From an uncultured Gammaproteobacteria bacterium (GTDB lineage Bacteria; Pseudomonadota; Gammaproteobacteria; UBA9214): a stretch of DNA of 64,000 nucleotides. A program made the position numbers and the translations under genes. The stretch's first letter is position 1. Each line of letters opens with the position of its first letter. This document shows, in pieces, positions 1-10,195 of this stretch. The stretch is taken from contig CAVYZN010000008.1 in assembly GCA_963773065.1 (NCBI GenBank), positions 96,001 to 160,000 on the forward strand, read 5' to 3'. The notes under the pieces are model-generated. The model saw only the letters and a list, made by a program, of their open reading frames with translations, searched no databases and had not been told where the DNA came from.

Positions 1-684
1 TCTCATCTGTTTCTTAAGATAGATATTAATTGCCACGTTGATACCGAGTATCGTCTGGTACGCCACGATGCTCCAGAACAGCCCGCCGCCCATTGCAAGC
101 GCTAGCGCCGCCATCACGGTTGCCAGTAGTGCAGTTATCATCTGCCAGCGCTGCACCCTTGCGATCTCATTGATTCCCTGCAAATAGGCAGCATAATAGT
201 TCCCAAATAACATCCAGCAGGATGAGAGTAGTACTACAAGCCATGCTAACCATGCCAACTTTGTGTTGGCAGTATTCGCTATCGGTCCGCTCAGTACCAA
301 AGAGCCCAGTATTGCACCAACGCAAAACGCCAGCAGGGTGATTTTTCTATATGTGCGCAACATAACCTGGTCTATACAAGATATTGTTGACCAGTCAGGC
401 TCTGTCTGTATCTCTTTATCCCTTTTTATGTTCCTAATTGCGAGTATGTCGCTGGCTGTCGCACCACCCATTCCATAGGAAATGAACCGGGAGAATGTTT
501 GCAGAAAACCCATGTCAACAATCAACTGCAATGCCATCAGTGAACTGAACAGATACCAGACAATCACTTCCTCGTCAGGAAGTGTCGTGAGGACCATCGG
601 CAGAAGAAGAACAAGCCCTAGGGTACGAATCAGCATATTGCCCCAGGTCATAAATGTCGCCGAGTGCCAGAGTCTATTAATCAT
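1..684 (-). CDS. Polysaccharide/O-unit flippase-like membrane protein (Wzx/MATE-like), runs off the window edge
   Basis: Not in the ORF track; read by hand from ATG at 684: MINRLWHSATFMTWGNMLIRTLGLVLLLPMVLTTLPDEEVIVWYLFSSLMALQLIVDMGFLQTFSRFISYG. Successive hydrophobic helices and a Wzx-like DxG motif after TM2; next to glycosyltransferases. Confidence 0.7.
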   Translation of the reverse strand, partial: MINRLWHSATFMTWGNMLIRTLGLVLLLPMVLTTLPDEEVIVWYLFSSLMALQLIVDMGFLQTFSRFISYGMGGATASDILAIRNIKRDKEIQTEPDWSTISCIDQVMLRTYRKITLLAFCVGAILGSLVLSGPIANTANTKLAWLAWLVVLLSSCWMLFGNYYAAYLQGINEIARVQRWQMITALLATVMAALALAMGGGLFWSIVAYQTILGINVAINIYLKKQMR

Positions 685-979
685 TACTGGCCATTTCCGG
701 CAAACCGACAGTGGAGAATTTATCGTATTGATTTTTGACTCTGTGTCTTTCATCTCATGTATTGGTGGATTCACAGGCTTTTACCCAGCAAGCATCATGA
801 GCGTTATGTTCATATAACAGACACAACATTCGACATAAATAGCCGGAGGTTGGAATCTGACGGAGGGTATATATATAAAGTGATTCGGGAACCCGCTGCT
901 TCCCTTGTGCTATCTGCACGCAAACAGTTCAGGTGATATTCCCCTGTAGCAGAGTCGTACCAATACCGTTTATTCCCGC

Positions 980-2119
980 TCATCTAGCAACTGTTTTCAG
1001 ATAATCTGACAATACTGTCCCTTGTCTGAACCAGCAAGGAATATCAATGGCAGGCTTGCAAGGTGTATCCAATTGTTTGAGTAATGCACGCACCAGTTCA
1101 TTAACGGCCTCAGGTTGGAACAAGGCATGCACACACCCTTTCATCAGATCAGCCATTTCGCCGGTGGACGCAGTGACTACGGGTGTATTGCAGGCCAGCA
1201 TCTCAAAAAACTTTTGTGGGAAACAATAGCGGCCGAAGCTAGAATCTCTATTGGAAACGATCCCGACATCCAAGGCACCAAAGAACTCAGGCATGGCCGT
1301 ATACTTGAGTTCTCCAAGATAGTGAACATCCTTGTTTCTGGGAATTTCAGTGTACTTATCGACAGGGCCTGCAAGTACAAGATGGATGTTAGGATTTACT
1401 GCTTTCAATTCCGTGTGGGCCTGAAATACCACATCGATACCACGACTGCCGGCGAGCGCCCCACCATAACCAACAAGAATCTTACCTTCAGGCAAATGTA
1501 GCTTCCGACGACAATCAATCCTGTTGCGCGGTGAGAATCGTTTTATATCCACGGCATTGCTTATTATCTGTGGCGTAATCTGCAATCGGCATTCATTCTG
1601 TACATAAGATGCAAGCGGCTGGCTCACGCACACAATGCCATCCGCCCGTTTCAGTGCACGCCGAAACAGCGATACCGCCCCCGGTATTCGAGCAGCGGAG
1701 AAACTCTCATAGTTGTCATAGAGGTCAGCTACATGAGGCAATCCGTGCTTTGCCGCCAGCCAGCTCCCGATGACAACATGAAATACATCGGAAACTGACA
1801 GCACGATATCTGCCGCACACATGGTGACTGCCGAATTTATTCTTTCCAGATAAGTGCGGAAGCCACCGAATGGATTTGGAAAAAGTCTCACTGTATCCCA
1901 GGTAAAATTTCCAACCTCAATACACACACCCCCTCCATCGTCCCCTGATCGCCGGTAATCAAGTGCAATACCATAAACCGAATGCCCCAGTGACGCCAGA
2001 ACCCGGGCAAACTCGTAAACTCGTCCATAGTGATCCTTCAACATGTCCTTGCCGGTATAAAAACGCTTTGAAAGCACCAGAACCTTCATCGGCTGACTGG
2101 AATCATTGCCCGACAGCAT
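980..2119 (-). CDS. Glycosyltransferase family 4 (GT-B fold)
   Basis: ORF 980..2173; likely start 2119 or 2089 (MKVLVLSKRFY). C-terminal GT4 signature FPQKFFEMLACNTPVVTAS. Confidence 0.88.
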   Translation of the reverse strand: MLSGNDSSQPMKVLVLSKRFYTGKDMLKDHYGRVYEFARVLASLGHSVYGIALDYRRSGDDGGGVCIEVGNFTWDTVRLFPNPFGGFRTYLERINSAVTMCAADIVLSVSDVFHVVIGSWLAAKHGLPHVADLYDNYESFSAARIPGAVSLFRRALKRADGIVCVSQPLASYVQNECRLQITPQIISNAVDIKRFSPRNRIDCRRKLHLPEGKILVGYGGALAGSRGIDVVFQAHTELKAVNPNIHLVLAGPVDKYTEIPRNKDVHYLGELKYTAMPEFFGALDVGIVSNRDSSFGRYCFPQKFFEMLACNTPVVTASTGEMADLMKGCVHALFQPEAVNELVRALLKQLDTPCKPAIDIPCWFRQGTVLSDYLKTVAR

Positions 2120-2194
2120 TTCCCAGAAAACAACCAGTATGCAGTCTGCAAATACACATTTCTGAATCGGCATGCGGGGAACACAGACATATGC

Positions 2195-3274
2195 CTAACC
2201 GGTAGTGCGGGTCATGATATCGAAATAACGCTGCGCGATCCGGTACCATTCGAATCGCTCACCGACAAAGATTCTGGCTTCTTTACCAAGCCTATTCCTC
2301 AATGCAACATCCAACAGGTATTTGTTGATCTCCTGAACGAACTCATCCTCGTTTCCCGCTTCGACGAGTATCCCGTTCTTTCCGTCCATTACCGCCTCCT
2401 GCAGGCCTTCTAACTTGGCGGCAATTACCCAAGTACAACTTGCTCCGGCTTCCAGGACTACCAGGCCGAAACCCTCGATATCTCCTGCTACCTGTATATT
2501 CGGTTGAATATACAGGTCAGCGATTGCGTATAATTGCTTCTTCTGGTCCTCATCGGCATGGCCTAGTAAAACTACACGGTCGTCCAGATGATTTTCCATT
2601 ATGGCATGTTCAATAGCCGGACGGTCTTCGCCTTCGCCGACGACAAGGTAAATCACCTCTTCGGGCAACTTCGGCATCACCGATGCTATAAACCAAGCCA
2701 CTCCCTTACGCCTCACCAGGCGACCAACCGTTAGAATAATCCTTTTATTTTCATTTGCTACACCAAGCAAGGCAGTCAGATCACTCTTATCGGGATCACA
2801 ATAAAAGTCCCGGAGATTAACACCATTGGGGACAACCTCAACCTTCTCTGCCGGTAATCCACGTCTGATGCATTCCCTGCGCGTTTCTTCACTCACAGCG
2901 ATAAACAGGTCAATCCTTGGCATGAAACGACGAATCCACAAACGCTGATAAATATGGTTGGGAAATGTCACATCCAGTCCATGAATAATACACACCACTT
3001 TTTTGTTCGACAGGAGTTTGATAAACCATCCGATAATGGACAACATGCCATCGCCCAGCAGAATGGCGTCATATTTTGGGAGGAGTACGAGGGCCCTGAG
3101 CAATACCAGCGGCAGAAAGAAAGGAAGATTCTTCTTACCATGGCGATTAGCGATTATTTTTACTTCAGCCATGGCGGCCAGACTGGTAAATAACTCATAG
3201 TTTTGCCGCTCGATACCGCCGATGACCGGGGGATATGCCCTGGAGAGACAGAGAAATCGGAAGATCGGATTCAT
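2195..3274 (-). CDS. Glycosyltransferase family 4 (PimB/RfaB-like)
   Basis: YPPVIGGIE at the N-terminus, LTVGRLVRRKG, and the EGFGLVVLEA (ExxGxxxxE) motif. Confidence 0.92.
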   Translation of the reverse strand: MNPIFRFLCLSRAYPPVIGGIERQNYELFTSLAAMAEVKIIANRHGKKNLPFFLPLVLLRALVLLPKYDAILLGDGMLSIIGWFIKLLSNKKVVCIIHGLDVTFPNHIYQRLWIRRFMPRIDLFIAVSEETRRECIRRGLPAEKVEVVPNGVNLRDFYCDPDKSDLTALLGVANENKRIILTVGRLVRRKGVAWFIASVMPKLPEEVIYLVVGEGEDRPAIEHAIMENHLDDRVVLLGHADEDQKKQLYAIADLYIQPNIQVAGDIEGFGLVVLEAGASCTWVIAAKLEGLQEAVMDGKNGILVEAGNEDEFVQEINKYLLDVALRNRLGKEARIFVGERFEWYRIAQRYFDIMTRTTG

Positions 3275-3445
3275 GGTTGCCTCTCACAATACTTTGTCAT
3301 AGGAACTGGGTAACGTTATGATGCTGCAACTGGAAGCAAATCCGTCCTCTAACCTCCTGAGTTACGCTGGTTGCTGATCCATGTTCATGCATGTGACAAA
3401 GTTAAAAATGTTTCTAATGAGCGGATAGTGGGAAAACGCGAATCG

Positions 3446-4168
3446 ATGAGTGAGGGACAAACAACCGATCACAAGAAAGTAGCGGAGTTTTATGACAACG
3501 TCTACTACAGGGATGCGTCAATTCAAGCCCGTAGCAAACCCTCACGGCACCTCTATCAACTTGCGGAACGCATCGGAGTCATGGCGGGTAACCGGGTACT
3601 GGATATTGCCTGTGGAACCGGTGACTGGCTTGAGGTCGTAGCCGGGAGGAAGGGCATACCCTCTGGCATAGACATATCGAATGAAGCCATCCGGGTCTGC
3701 CGGCAACGATTAAGAATCGGCGATCTCGAAGTCGGGGTAGCCGAGGAATTACCATTTGCAGACAACAGCTTTGATATCGTCACCTGCCTGGGCTCATTGG
3801 AACACTTCCTAGATCAGCCGGCCGCCCTACGCGAAATGGTTCGGGTTGCCAAAAACAATGCCCGGGTTATCATACTTGTCCCGAACTCAGGTTTTCTCAC
3901 CCACCGGTTGGGTTTCTACAAAGGCACTCAACAGGTTGCCGTTCGGGAGACATTGCGGAGTATACGTGAATGGCAACAGTTGTTCGCTGAACAAGGGTTG
4001 GAAATCGAACAGCGGTGGAAGGATCTGCATGTCCTGAACAGCTCATGGATTATCCGTCCCCCTTATTACCTTACGCCTCTGCGTTTTCTTCAGGCAATGA
4101 TGCTGTTAGTCTGGCCGCTGCAGTGGCAGTACCAAATCTATCATCTTTGTCGCGTGAAAAAAGGATAA
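3446..4168 (+). CDS. Class I SAM-dependent methyltransferase
   Basis: Motif I VLDIACGTG, LPFADNSFDIVTCLGSLEHF, ALREMVRVAK; likely ATG at 3446 within ORF 3371..4168. Confidence 0.88.
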   Translation: MSEGQTTDHKKVAEFYDNVYYRDASIQARSKPSRHLYQLAERIGVMAGNRVLDIACGTGDWLEVVAGRKGIPSGIDISNEAIRVCRQRLRIGDLEVGVAEELPFADNSFDIVTCLGSLEHFLDQPAALREMVRVAKNNARVIILVPNSGFLTHRLGFYKGTQQVAVRETLRSIREWQQLFAEQGLEIEQRWKDLHVLNSSWIIRPPYYLTPLRFLQAMMLLVWPLQWQYQIYHLCRVKKG

Positions 4169-4562
4169 TTGTTTATGCTGCATAAGAATCCACGTCGGGG
4201 ACAAACCGGTTTCATTTTACTGGGATTGGACGCGATACCAGCGAACTCGGGGGTGGCTATGGCTAGATGTTTCCCCAGGAAAACATTGCGATAATTTTCT
4301 ACCCCACAACTCATGACCCGATTAAAGTTTGGGCATTGCTGGACGAAATGCTTTAGGAATCAGCGACGGAAACGACAGTCTCTGCCACAAGGGCAAGTGG
4401 AGGATTAACTTGCCGGAGGCAGAAAGACATAATAGTTTGAATAAACTAGAGATTATTGCTGCTTACACTTATCATAGACCTTTGCAACATGTTCACCGAT
4501 GCGCACAAAACCAGATGCGCATCACACCAGGTAACACCTGATTAGGATATGCATTAACGGTC

Positions 4563-6278
4563 ATGGCAACGATCCAACCCACAATTCACCTCAGCGGCCT
4601 GGCGCGCAGGCTGGTCATGGATGGGTTACTTGAAGAATCCGAGGCATTCAAGGCCTATGACGCGGCGCTGAAAAAGCGCACGCATTTTGTCACCTATCTG
4701 GTCGAGAACAAGATACTCAAAAGCCGTAATATTGCCTGGGCCGGCGCACAGGAATTCGGCGTCCCGCTCTTCGATCTGGATGTCATGGATCTGGAATCGG
4801 CCCCGATCAACCTGGTCAGCGAGAAACTCATCCGCCAGCATCACGCCCTGCCGCTTTTCAAACGCGGCAATCGGCTCTATATCGCGGTTTCCGACCCGAC
4901 CAACCTTGCCGCCATCGACGAGTTCAAGTTTCATACCGGCATCAATACCGAAGCCGTGCTGGTTGAGGAGGAGAAGCTCGGCAAGTCGATTGAAATCGCG
5001 CTTGATACCATGGACACCACCATGTCCGACCTCATGGACTCGGATCTCGACAACCTGGATATCAGTGGTGGTGAAGACCAGGTTCCCGGTGCGGATGTAA
5101 CCGAGTCCGATATCGATGACGCGCCGGTCGTCCGTTTCGTCAACAAGGTACTCCTCGACGCAATTAATAAAGGCGCCTCCGATATCCACCTTGAGCCTTA
5201 CGAGAAGGAGTTCCGCGTCCGCTTCCGGCATGATGGCGTTCTCCATGAGTTCACCACGCCACCGCGCTCACTGGCCATGCGCATCGTCGCGCGGCTCAAG
5301 GTCATGAGCCGGATGAATATCGCCGAACGCCGGATTCCGCAGGACGGGCGTATCAAGATGAATTTGTCAAAGAACCGGTCCATCGATTTTCGCGTCAATA
5401 CCCTGCCGACATTGTATGGCGAGAAAGTCGTGCTGCGTATTCTGGACAACAGCGCGAGTCAACTCGGCATTGATGTCCTCGGCTTTGAAGATTTTCAGAA
5501 GCAGCTTTATCTCCAGGCGCTGAAAAAACCCTACGGCATGATACTGGTTACCGGCCCGACCGGCAGCGGTAAAACGGTGTCCCTCTATACGGGGTTAAAC
5601 ATATTGAATACGCCTGATGTCAACATTTCCACCTGTGAGGACCCGGTGGAAATCAACATGGTTGGCGTCAATCAGGTTAACGTTAACCCCAAGGCCGGGC
5701 TGGATTTTGCCGTAGCACTCCGGGCATTCCTTCGCCAGGATCCTGACATCATCATGGTGGGCGAGATACGCGACCTGGAAACCGCTGAAATAGCCGTCAA
5801 GGCCGCCCAGACGGGCCATCTGGTTCTGTCTACACTACACACGAACGACGCACCCCAGACGCTCACGCGTCTGGCTAACATGGGAGTACCACCCTACAAT
5901 ATCGCCTCGGCGGTCCACCTGATCATGGCCCAGCGCCTTGCCAGGCGGTTGTGCGGCAAGTGCAAGAAGGAGATACATATTCCTCACGAGGCACTGATCA
6001 AGTCCGGCTTCAAGGAGGAACAAATGAATGCAATGACGCTCTATGCGCCGGTTGGTTGTGACCTCTGCACCGGGGGATACAAGGGCAGAACGGGCATCTA
6101 CCAGGTCATGCCGGTATCAGAGGAGATGGGGCGCCTCATTATGGAAGGGGGTAATTCCATGCAACTGGAGGATCAGGCGAAACTAGAAGGCATTCCCGAT
6201 CTCAGGGAATCCGGTCTTAGGAAAGTCGCAGCAGGAATTACCAGTCTGGAAGAAGTGGATCGCGTCACCAAGGATTAA
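4563..6278 (+). CDS. pilB: Type IV-A pilus assembly ATPase PilB
   Basis: Walker A GPTGSGKT, LRQDPDIIMVGEIRD, STLHTNDAP, CxxC zinc pairs. Confidence 0.97.
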   Translation: MATIQPTIHLSGLARRLVMDGLLEESEAFKAYDAALKKRTHFVTYLVENKILKSRNIAWAGAQEFGVPLFDLDVMDLESAPINLVSEKLIRQHHALPLFKRGNRLYIAVSDPTNLAAIDEFKFHTGINTEAVLVEEEKLGKSIEIALDTMDTTMSDLMDSDLDNLDISGGEDQVPGADVTESDIDDAPVVRFVNKVLLDAINKGASDIHLEPYEKEFRVRFRHDGVLHEFTTPPRSLAMRIVARLKVMSRMNIAERRIPQDGRIKMNLSKNRSIDFRVNTLPTLYGEKVVLRILDNSASQLGIDVLGFEDFQKQLYLQALKKPYGMILVTGPTGSGKTVSLYTGLNILNTPDVNISTCEDPVEINMVGVNQVNVNPKAGLDFAVALRAFLRQDPDIIMVGEIRDLETAEIAVKAAQTGHLVLSTLHTNDAPQTLTRLANMGVPPYNIASAVHLIMAQRLARRLCGKCKKEIHIPHEALIKSGFKEEQMNAMTLYAPVGCDLCTGGYKGRTGIYQVMPVSEEMGRLIMEGGNSMQLEDQAKLEGIPDLRESGLRKVAAGITSLEEVDRVTKD

Positions 6279-6281
6279 ATT

Positions 6282-7505
6282 ATGGCGGAAAAAGCACTTA
6301 AGCAGCCGGAAGTCTTCATCTGGACCGGGACGGACAAACGGGGCGTACGGGTCAAGGGCCAGACACGCGGTTCCAACCCCACACTCATAAAGGCTGACCT
6401 TCGCAAGCAGGGCATCACGCCGCTGAAGATCAAGAAACAGAGTTCGCTGTTTTCCCGACAAAAGAAGAAAAGCATTAAAGCAAAGGATATTGCCGTCTTT
6501 TTCCGCCAGCTTGCGACCATGATGTCGGCGGGTGTCCCGCTGGTGCAGTCCTTCGAGATCATCGGACGCGGTCATGACAACATCAGTATGCGCAACCTGG
6601 TTCTCAAGATCAAAAGCGAAGTCGAATCCGGCACCAGTCTCTCGGAGACCCTGGCCAAGCATCCCGTTTATTTCGACGAACTGGTGGTAAACCTGGTGAA
6701 CGCGGGTGAACAGGCCGGCGTACTTGAAGGCTTGCTGGACAAGATCGCCACCTATAAGGAAAAAACAGAATACCTCAAGTCCAAGATCAAGAAGGCGATG
6801 TTCTACCCGGCCGCCGTGATTGTCGTCGCGATCATCGTGACATCCATCCTGCTGATCTTCGTCGTACCCCAGTTCGAACAGTTATTCACGAGCTTCGGCG
6901 CGGATTTGCCCGCCTTCACCCGTCTCGTTGTCAACTTATCCGAGTACATGCAGGACTGGTGGTGGCTGATCTCCGGCATTGCGGCCGGCGCCGTCGTTGG
7001 AGTCCTCCAAGCCAAGAAACGCTCCAGAAAATTCAGCCGGTATTTTGATCGCATCCTACTCAAACTGCCGATCGTGGGCACTATCATGCACAAGGCTTCC
7101 GTCGCCCGTTATGCGCGCACCCTGTCCACGATGTTCGCCGCCGGTGTGCCGCTGGTAGAAGCACTCGAGTCCGTTGCCGGCGCCACGGGAAATACCGTCT
7201 ACTCGGATGCCGTGCTCATGATCCGCGACAGTGTCGCCACCGGCCAGCAACTCCAGTTCGCCATGTCCCAAACCGGCCTGTTTCCCAACATGGTGGAACA
7301 GATGGTGGCGATCGGCGAGGAGTCCGGCGCTCTCGACACTATGCTCAGCAAGGTGGCGGATTTCTACGAACAGGAAGTGGATGACGCGGTCGATGCGCTC
7401 AGCAGCCTGCTGGAACCGATCATCATGTCAATCCTCGGCGTTCTGATCGGCGGACTCGTCGTGGCGATGTATCTGCCCATCTTCAAACTGGGCGCCGCCA
7501 TCTGA
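6282..7505 (+). CDS. pilC: Type IV pilus inner-membrane platform protein PilC
   Basis: T2SSF repeats FFRQLATMMSAGVPLVQS and MVAIGEESGALD; position after pilB. Confidence 0.97.
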   Translation: MAEKALKQPEVFIWTGTDKRGVRVKGQTRGSNPTLIKADLRKQGITPLKIKKQSSLFSRQKKKSIKAKDIAVFFRQLATMMSAGVPLVQSFEIIGRGHDNISMRNLVLKIKSEVESGTSLSETLAKHPVYFDELVVNLVNAGEQAGVLEGLLDKIATYKEKTEYLKSKIKKAMFYPAAVIVVAIIVTSILLIFVVPQFEQLFTSFGADLPAFTRLVVNLSEYMQDWWWLISGIAAGAVVGVLQAKKRSRKFSRYFDRILLKLPIVGTIMHKASVARYARTLSTMFAAGVPLVEALESVAGATGNTVYSDAVLMIRDSVATGQQLQFAMSQTGLFPNMVEQMVAIGEESGALDTMLSKVADFYEQEVDDAVDALSSLLEPIIMSILGVLIGGLVVAMYLPIFKLGAAI

Positions 7506-7576
7506 TACTTGTCTGAACATCTGTCCGCATCGCGCCGTCTGGAGCGCGGGTGCGCTGAGTCAGACGGGCGTATCGT

Positions 7577-8440
7577 ATGGATTTGCTGCAATTGCTTGAA
7601 GCTACACCTGCGCTCTTCTATACGGCGGTCGTGGTACTCGGGTTGGCGATTGGCAGCTTCCTGAATGTCGTGATCCACCGTCTGCCTATCATCCTGAAGA
7701 AGAACTGGGCGCAGCAGTGCCGTGAGTTGCTTGAGCAGGGGCATGAAGGCGCGGCAGGAAATCAGCCGTTCAACCTGATGAGACCCGCCTCCCACTGCCC
7801 GGCATGCGGACACCGCATCCGCATCATCGAGAATATTCCGGTAGCCAGCTATCTCTTTCTCAGGGGCCGTTGTGCTTCCTGTAAAACCCGTATCTCACCC
7901 CGCTATCCGGTTATCGAGATCACCACGGCCATTCTGTCGGCCATTACCGCCGTGCATTTCGGTTTTACGTTACAGGCCGCGGCGGCGCTTGCCTTTACCT
8001 GGACTATAATCCCGCTTTGCATGATCGACTTTGACGAGCAACTGCTGCCGGACAGCATCACATTCCCACTGCTCTGGGCCGGCCTCACATTGAGCCTGGC
8101 GGGTATTTTTATAGACAGTCAGGCCAGCATCACCGGCGCCCTGGCCGGGTACCTGTCCCTCTGGTTGGTCTACCACCTCTTCAAGCTGGCCACGGGCAAG
8201 GAGGGAATGGGATACGGTGATTTCAAGCTGCTTGCCGCAATTGGCGCCTGGATCGGCTGGCAGGTACTGCCTGTGGTCATCCTGTTTTCCTCGGTCGTCG
8301 GCGCCATAACCGGCATACTGCTCATCGCGCTCAAAGGCCGCGAACGCAGCCAACCCATTCCATTCGGGCCGTTTCTGGCCAGCGCGGGCTGGCTTACGCT
8401 CTTGTGGGGACAGGACATCCTCGATCTGTATCTGCATTAG
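7577..8440 (+). CDS. pilD: Prepilin peptidase/N-methyltransferase PilD
   Basis: GSFLNVVIHRLP, two CxxC motifs, EGMGYGDFKL, IPFGPFLA. Confidence 0.97.
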   Translation: MDLLQLLEATPALFYTAVVVLGLAIGSFLNVVIHRLPIILKKNWAQQCRELLEQGHEGAAGNQPFNLMRPASHCPACGHRIRIIENIPVASYLFLRGRCASCKTRISPRYPVIEITTAILSAITAVHFGFTLQAAAALAFTWTIIPLCMIDFDEQLLPDSITFPLLWAGLTLSLAGIFIDSQASITGALAGYLSLWLVYHLFKLATGKEGMGYGDFKLLAAIGAWIGWQVLPVVILFSSVVGAITGILLIALKGRERSQPIPFGPFLASAGWLTLLWGQDILDLYLH

Positions 8441-8456
8441 TACCAGCCGGTCTGCC

Positions 8457-9105
8457 TTGCCTCTCACCGACACCGTTCAATCGCCCCCCAACAGCAAGGC
8501 TCACCGGCCTCTGCTCATCGGCCTGACGGGCGGTATCGGCAGCGGCAAGTCCACGGTCGCCGGCTTTTTCAAACAGCTCGGGGTACCGGTTATCGATGCC
8601 GATGACATTGCCCATGCCATGGTTGCACCGGGACAACCGGCATTAAAGGAAATCATCGCGGCATTCGGACCGGCCAGCGTGAATGGCACTGGCCGCCTCG
8701 ACCGCGACCGCATGCGCAAACTTGTTTTTTCCGACCCCGCGACAACGGCATCGGATCGAGGCCATACTCCATCCGAAAATACGCCGCGAAATCAGCTCCC
8801 TGACGATGAATATCCAGACACCCTATTGCATCGTCGTGATTCCACTGCTGCTGGAGGCGGAACAGGCGGATCTGGTCGACAGGATTCTGGTCGTCGATAC
8901 AGAGGTGGACAACCAGATCTCACGGGTAGCCGTAAGAAACCGGCTGTCAAGGGATGAGATTATCGCCATTATCGAGGCACAGGCAGACCGTGAAAGCCGG
9001 CTTGCAGCAGCGGATGAGGTCATTAATAATGACGGTTCACTGGATGATCTGGCCAGACAGGTTCGTGAACAGCACGGAAAGTACCTGGAAATCGCCATGA
9101 AATAA
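8457..9105 (+). CDS. coaE: Dephospho-CoA kinase, split by a +1 frameshift near 8740 (probable sequence error)
   Basis: IGLTGGIGSGKST in ORF 8457..8957; C-terminal half IEAILHPKIR...IPLLLE...ADEVINNDG in ORF 8683..9105; span is 3n+1. Confidence 0.92.
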
Positions 9106-9159
9106 ACCGCCTGAAGCCGGATTTGCGCACAGGTGATACCTAAGAGAGAATAGGCACCC

Positions 9160-9963
9160 GTGGAAGCGGTATCAGACAAGCAGCAAGACCAGGTGGCACA
9201 GCCAGTCCTCTACGAACACCCGCTTAATGAAAGAGTAAGGACGTTTCTGCGTCTTGAGTATCTGTTCACCCAGGCAGCACACCATGTCAAGCACACCTCG
9301 GAATGGGACAGTCGCGCCACCCTCACCTGTATACTCGAAATCCTCTCCATATTCGGGAACACCAACCTGAAGTCAGAAGTCCTCAAGGAGCTGGAACGTC
9401 ATGCCGGCGCTCTGAAGCGCCTGGAGCAGAATCCTGATATCGATATCGGGCAGTTGACGGGGTTGCTGGACGCGATCGGCGGCCACATAGACAGCCTGCA
9501 CCGGATCAATGGACAAGTCGGCGGCGAACTTAAATCCAGTGAATTTTTGATCAGCATCCGTCAACGCAGCGCAATCCCGGGCGGGACATGTGACTTCGAC
9601 CTGCCCGCATTCCACTACTGGTTGCAACAACCCGCGAAGGAACGCACCGATGACCTCTATCGGTGGCTCAACAATTTCGACGCCATCGGCCAGGCCATCC
9701 AGTTCATCCTCAAACTGACCCGGGAGAGCAGCACCCTGAAACCGGCCATCGCCGATGACGGCGTTTATCAGAAAACGCTGGACCCAAATCTCCCCTACCA
9801 ACTGGTGCGCATTGCCCTGCCCGCGGGTTCGCCCTACTTCGCCGAATTGAGCGGCGGTCGACACCGATTTACCGCACGGTTCCTGAATTTCTCCACCATC
9901 GAGGACCGGGCCAGACAGACCGACGCGGATGTCGAATTCGAACTCGCCTGCTGCGTGATCTGA
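9160..9963 (+). CDS. zapD: Cell division protein ZapD
   Basis: YEHPLNERVRTFLRLE, IRQRSAIPGGTCDFDLP; conserved coaE-zapD-yacG order. Confidence 0.95.
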   Translation: MEAVSDKQQDQVAQPVLYEHPLNERVRTFLRLEYLFTQAAHHVKHTSEWDSRATLTCILEILSIFGNTNLKSEVLKELERHAGALKRLEQNPDIDIGQLTGLLDAIGGHIDSLHRINGQVGGELKSSEFLISIRQRSAIPGGTCDFDLPAFHYWLQQPAKERTDDLYRWLNNFDAIGQAIQFILKLTRESSTLKPAIADDGVYQKTLDPNLPYQLVRIALPAGSPYFAELSGGRHRFTARFLNFSTIEDRARQTDADVEFELACCVI

Positions 9964-9999
9964 CGCTCCGCCGTTGCCGTGTTGCACAGGCCGTAAAGC

Positions 10000-10195
10000 A
10001 TGACTGCAACTTCCAAACCGAAGACGGTGGACTGCCCAACCTGCGGGAAACCGGTGGAATGGTCGCGGCAGCAACACTGGAAACCGTTCTGCAGCGAACG
10101 CTGCAAGTTGATCGATCTCGGCGCCTGGATCGATGAACAGCCATCGCATTCCCGGTGATGAGACGGGCGGCAACGACGAGGATATCAAGGACTGA
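10000..10195 (+). CDS. yacG: DNA gyrase inhibitor YacG (+1 frameshift near 10141)
   Basis: Read by hand: [47 protein letters not shown], continuing HRIPGDE...* after removing one base. Confidence 0.92.

Noticed and set aside
263-817. Plus-strand ORFs 263..478 and 482..817
   Set aside because: They overlap the minus-strand flippase-like gene, which the ORF track missed because it runs off the window edge.
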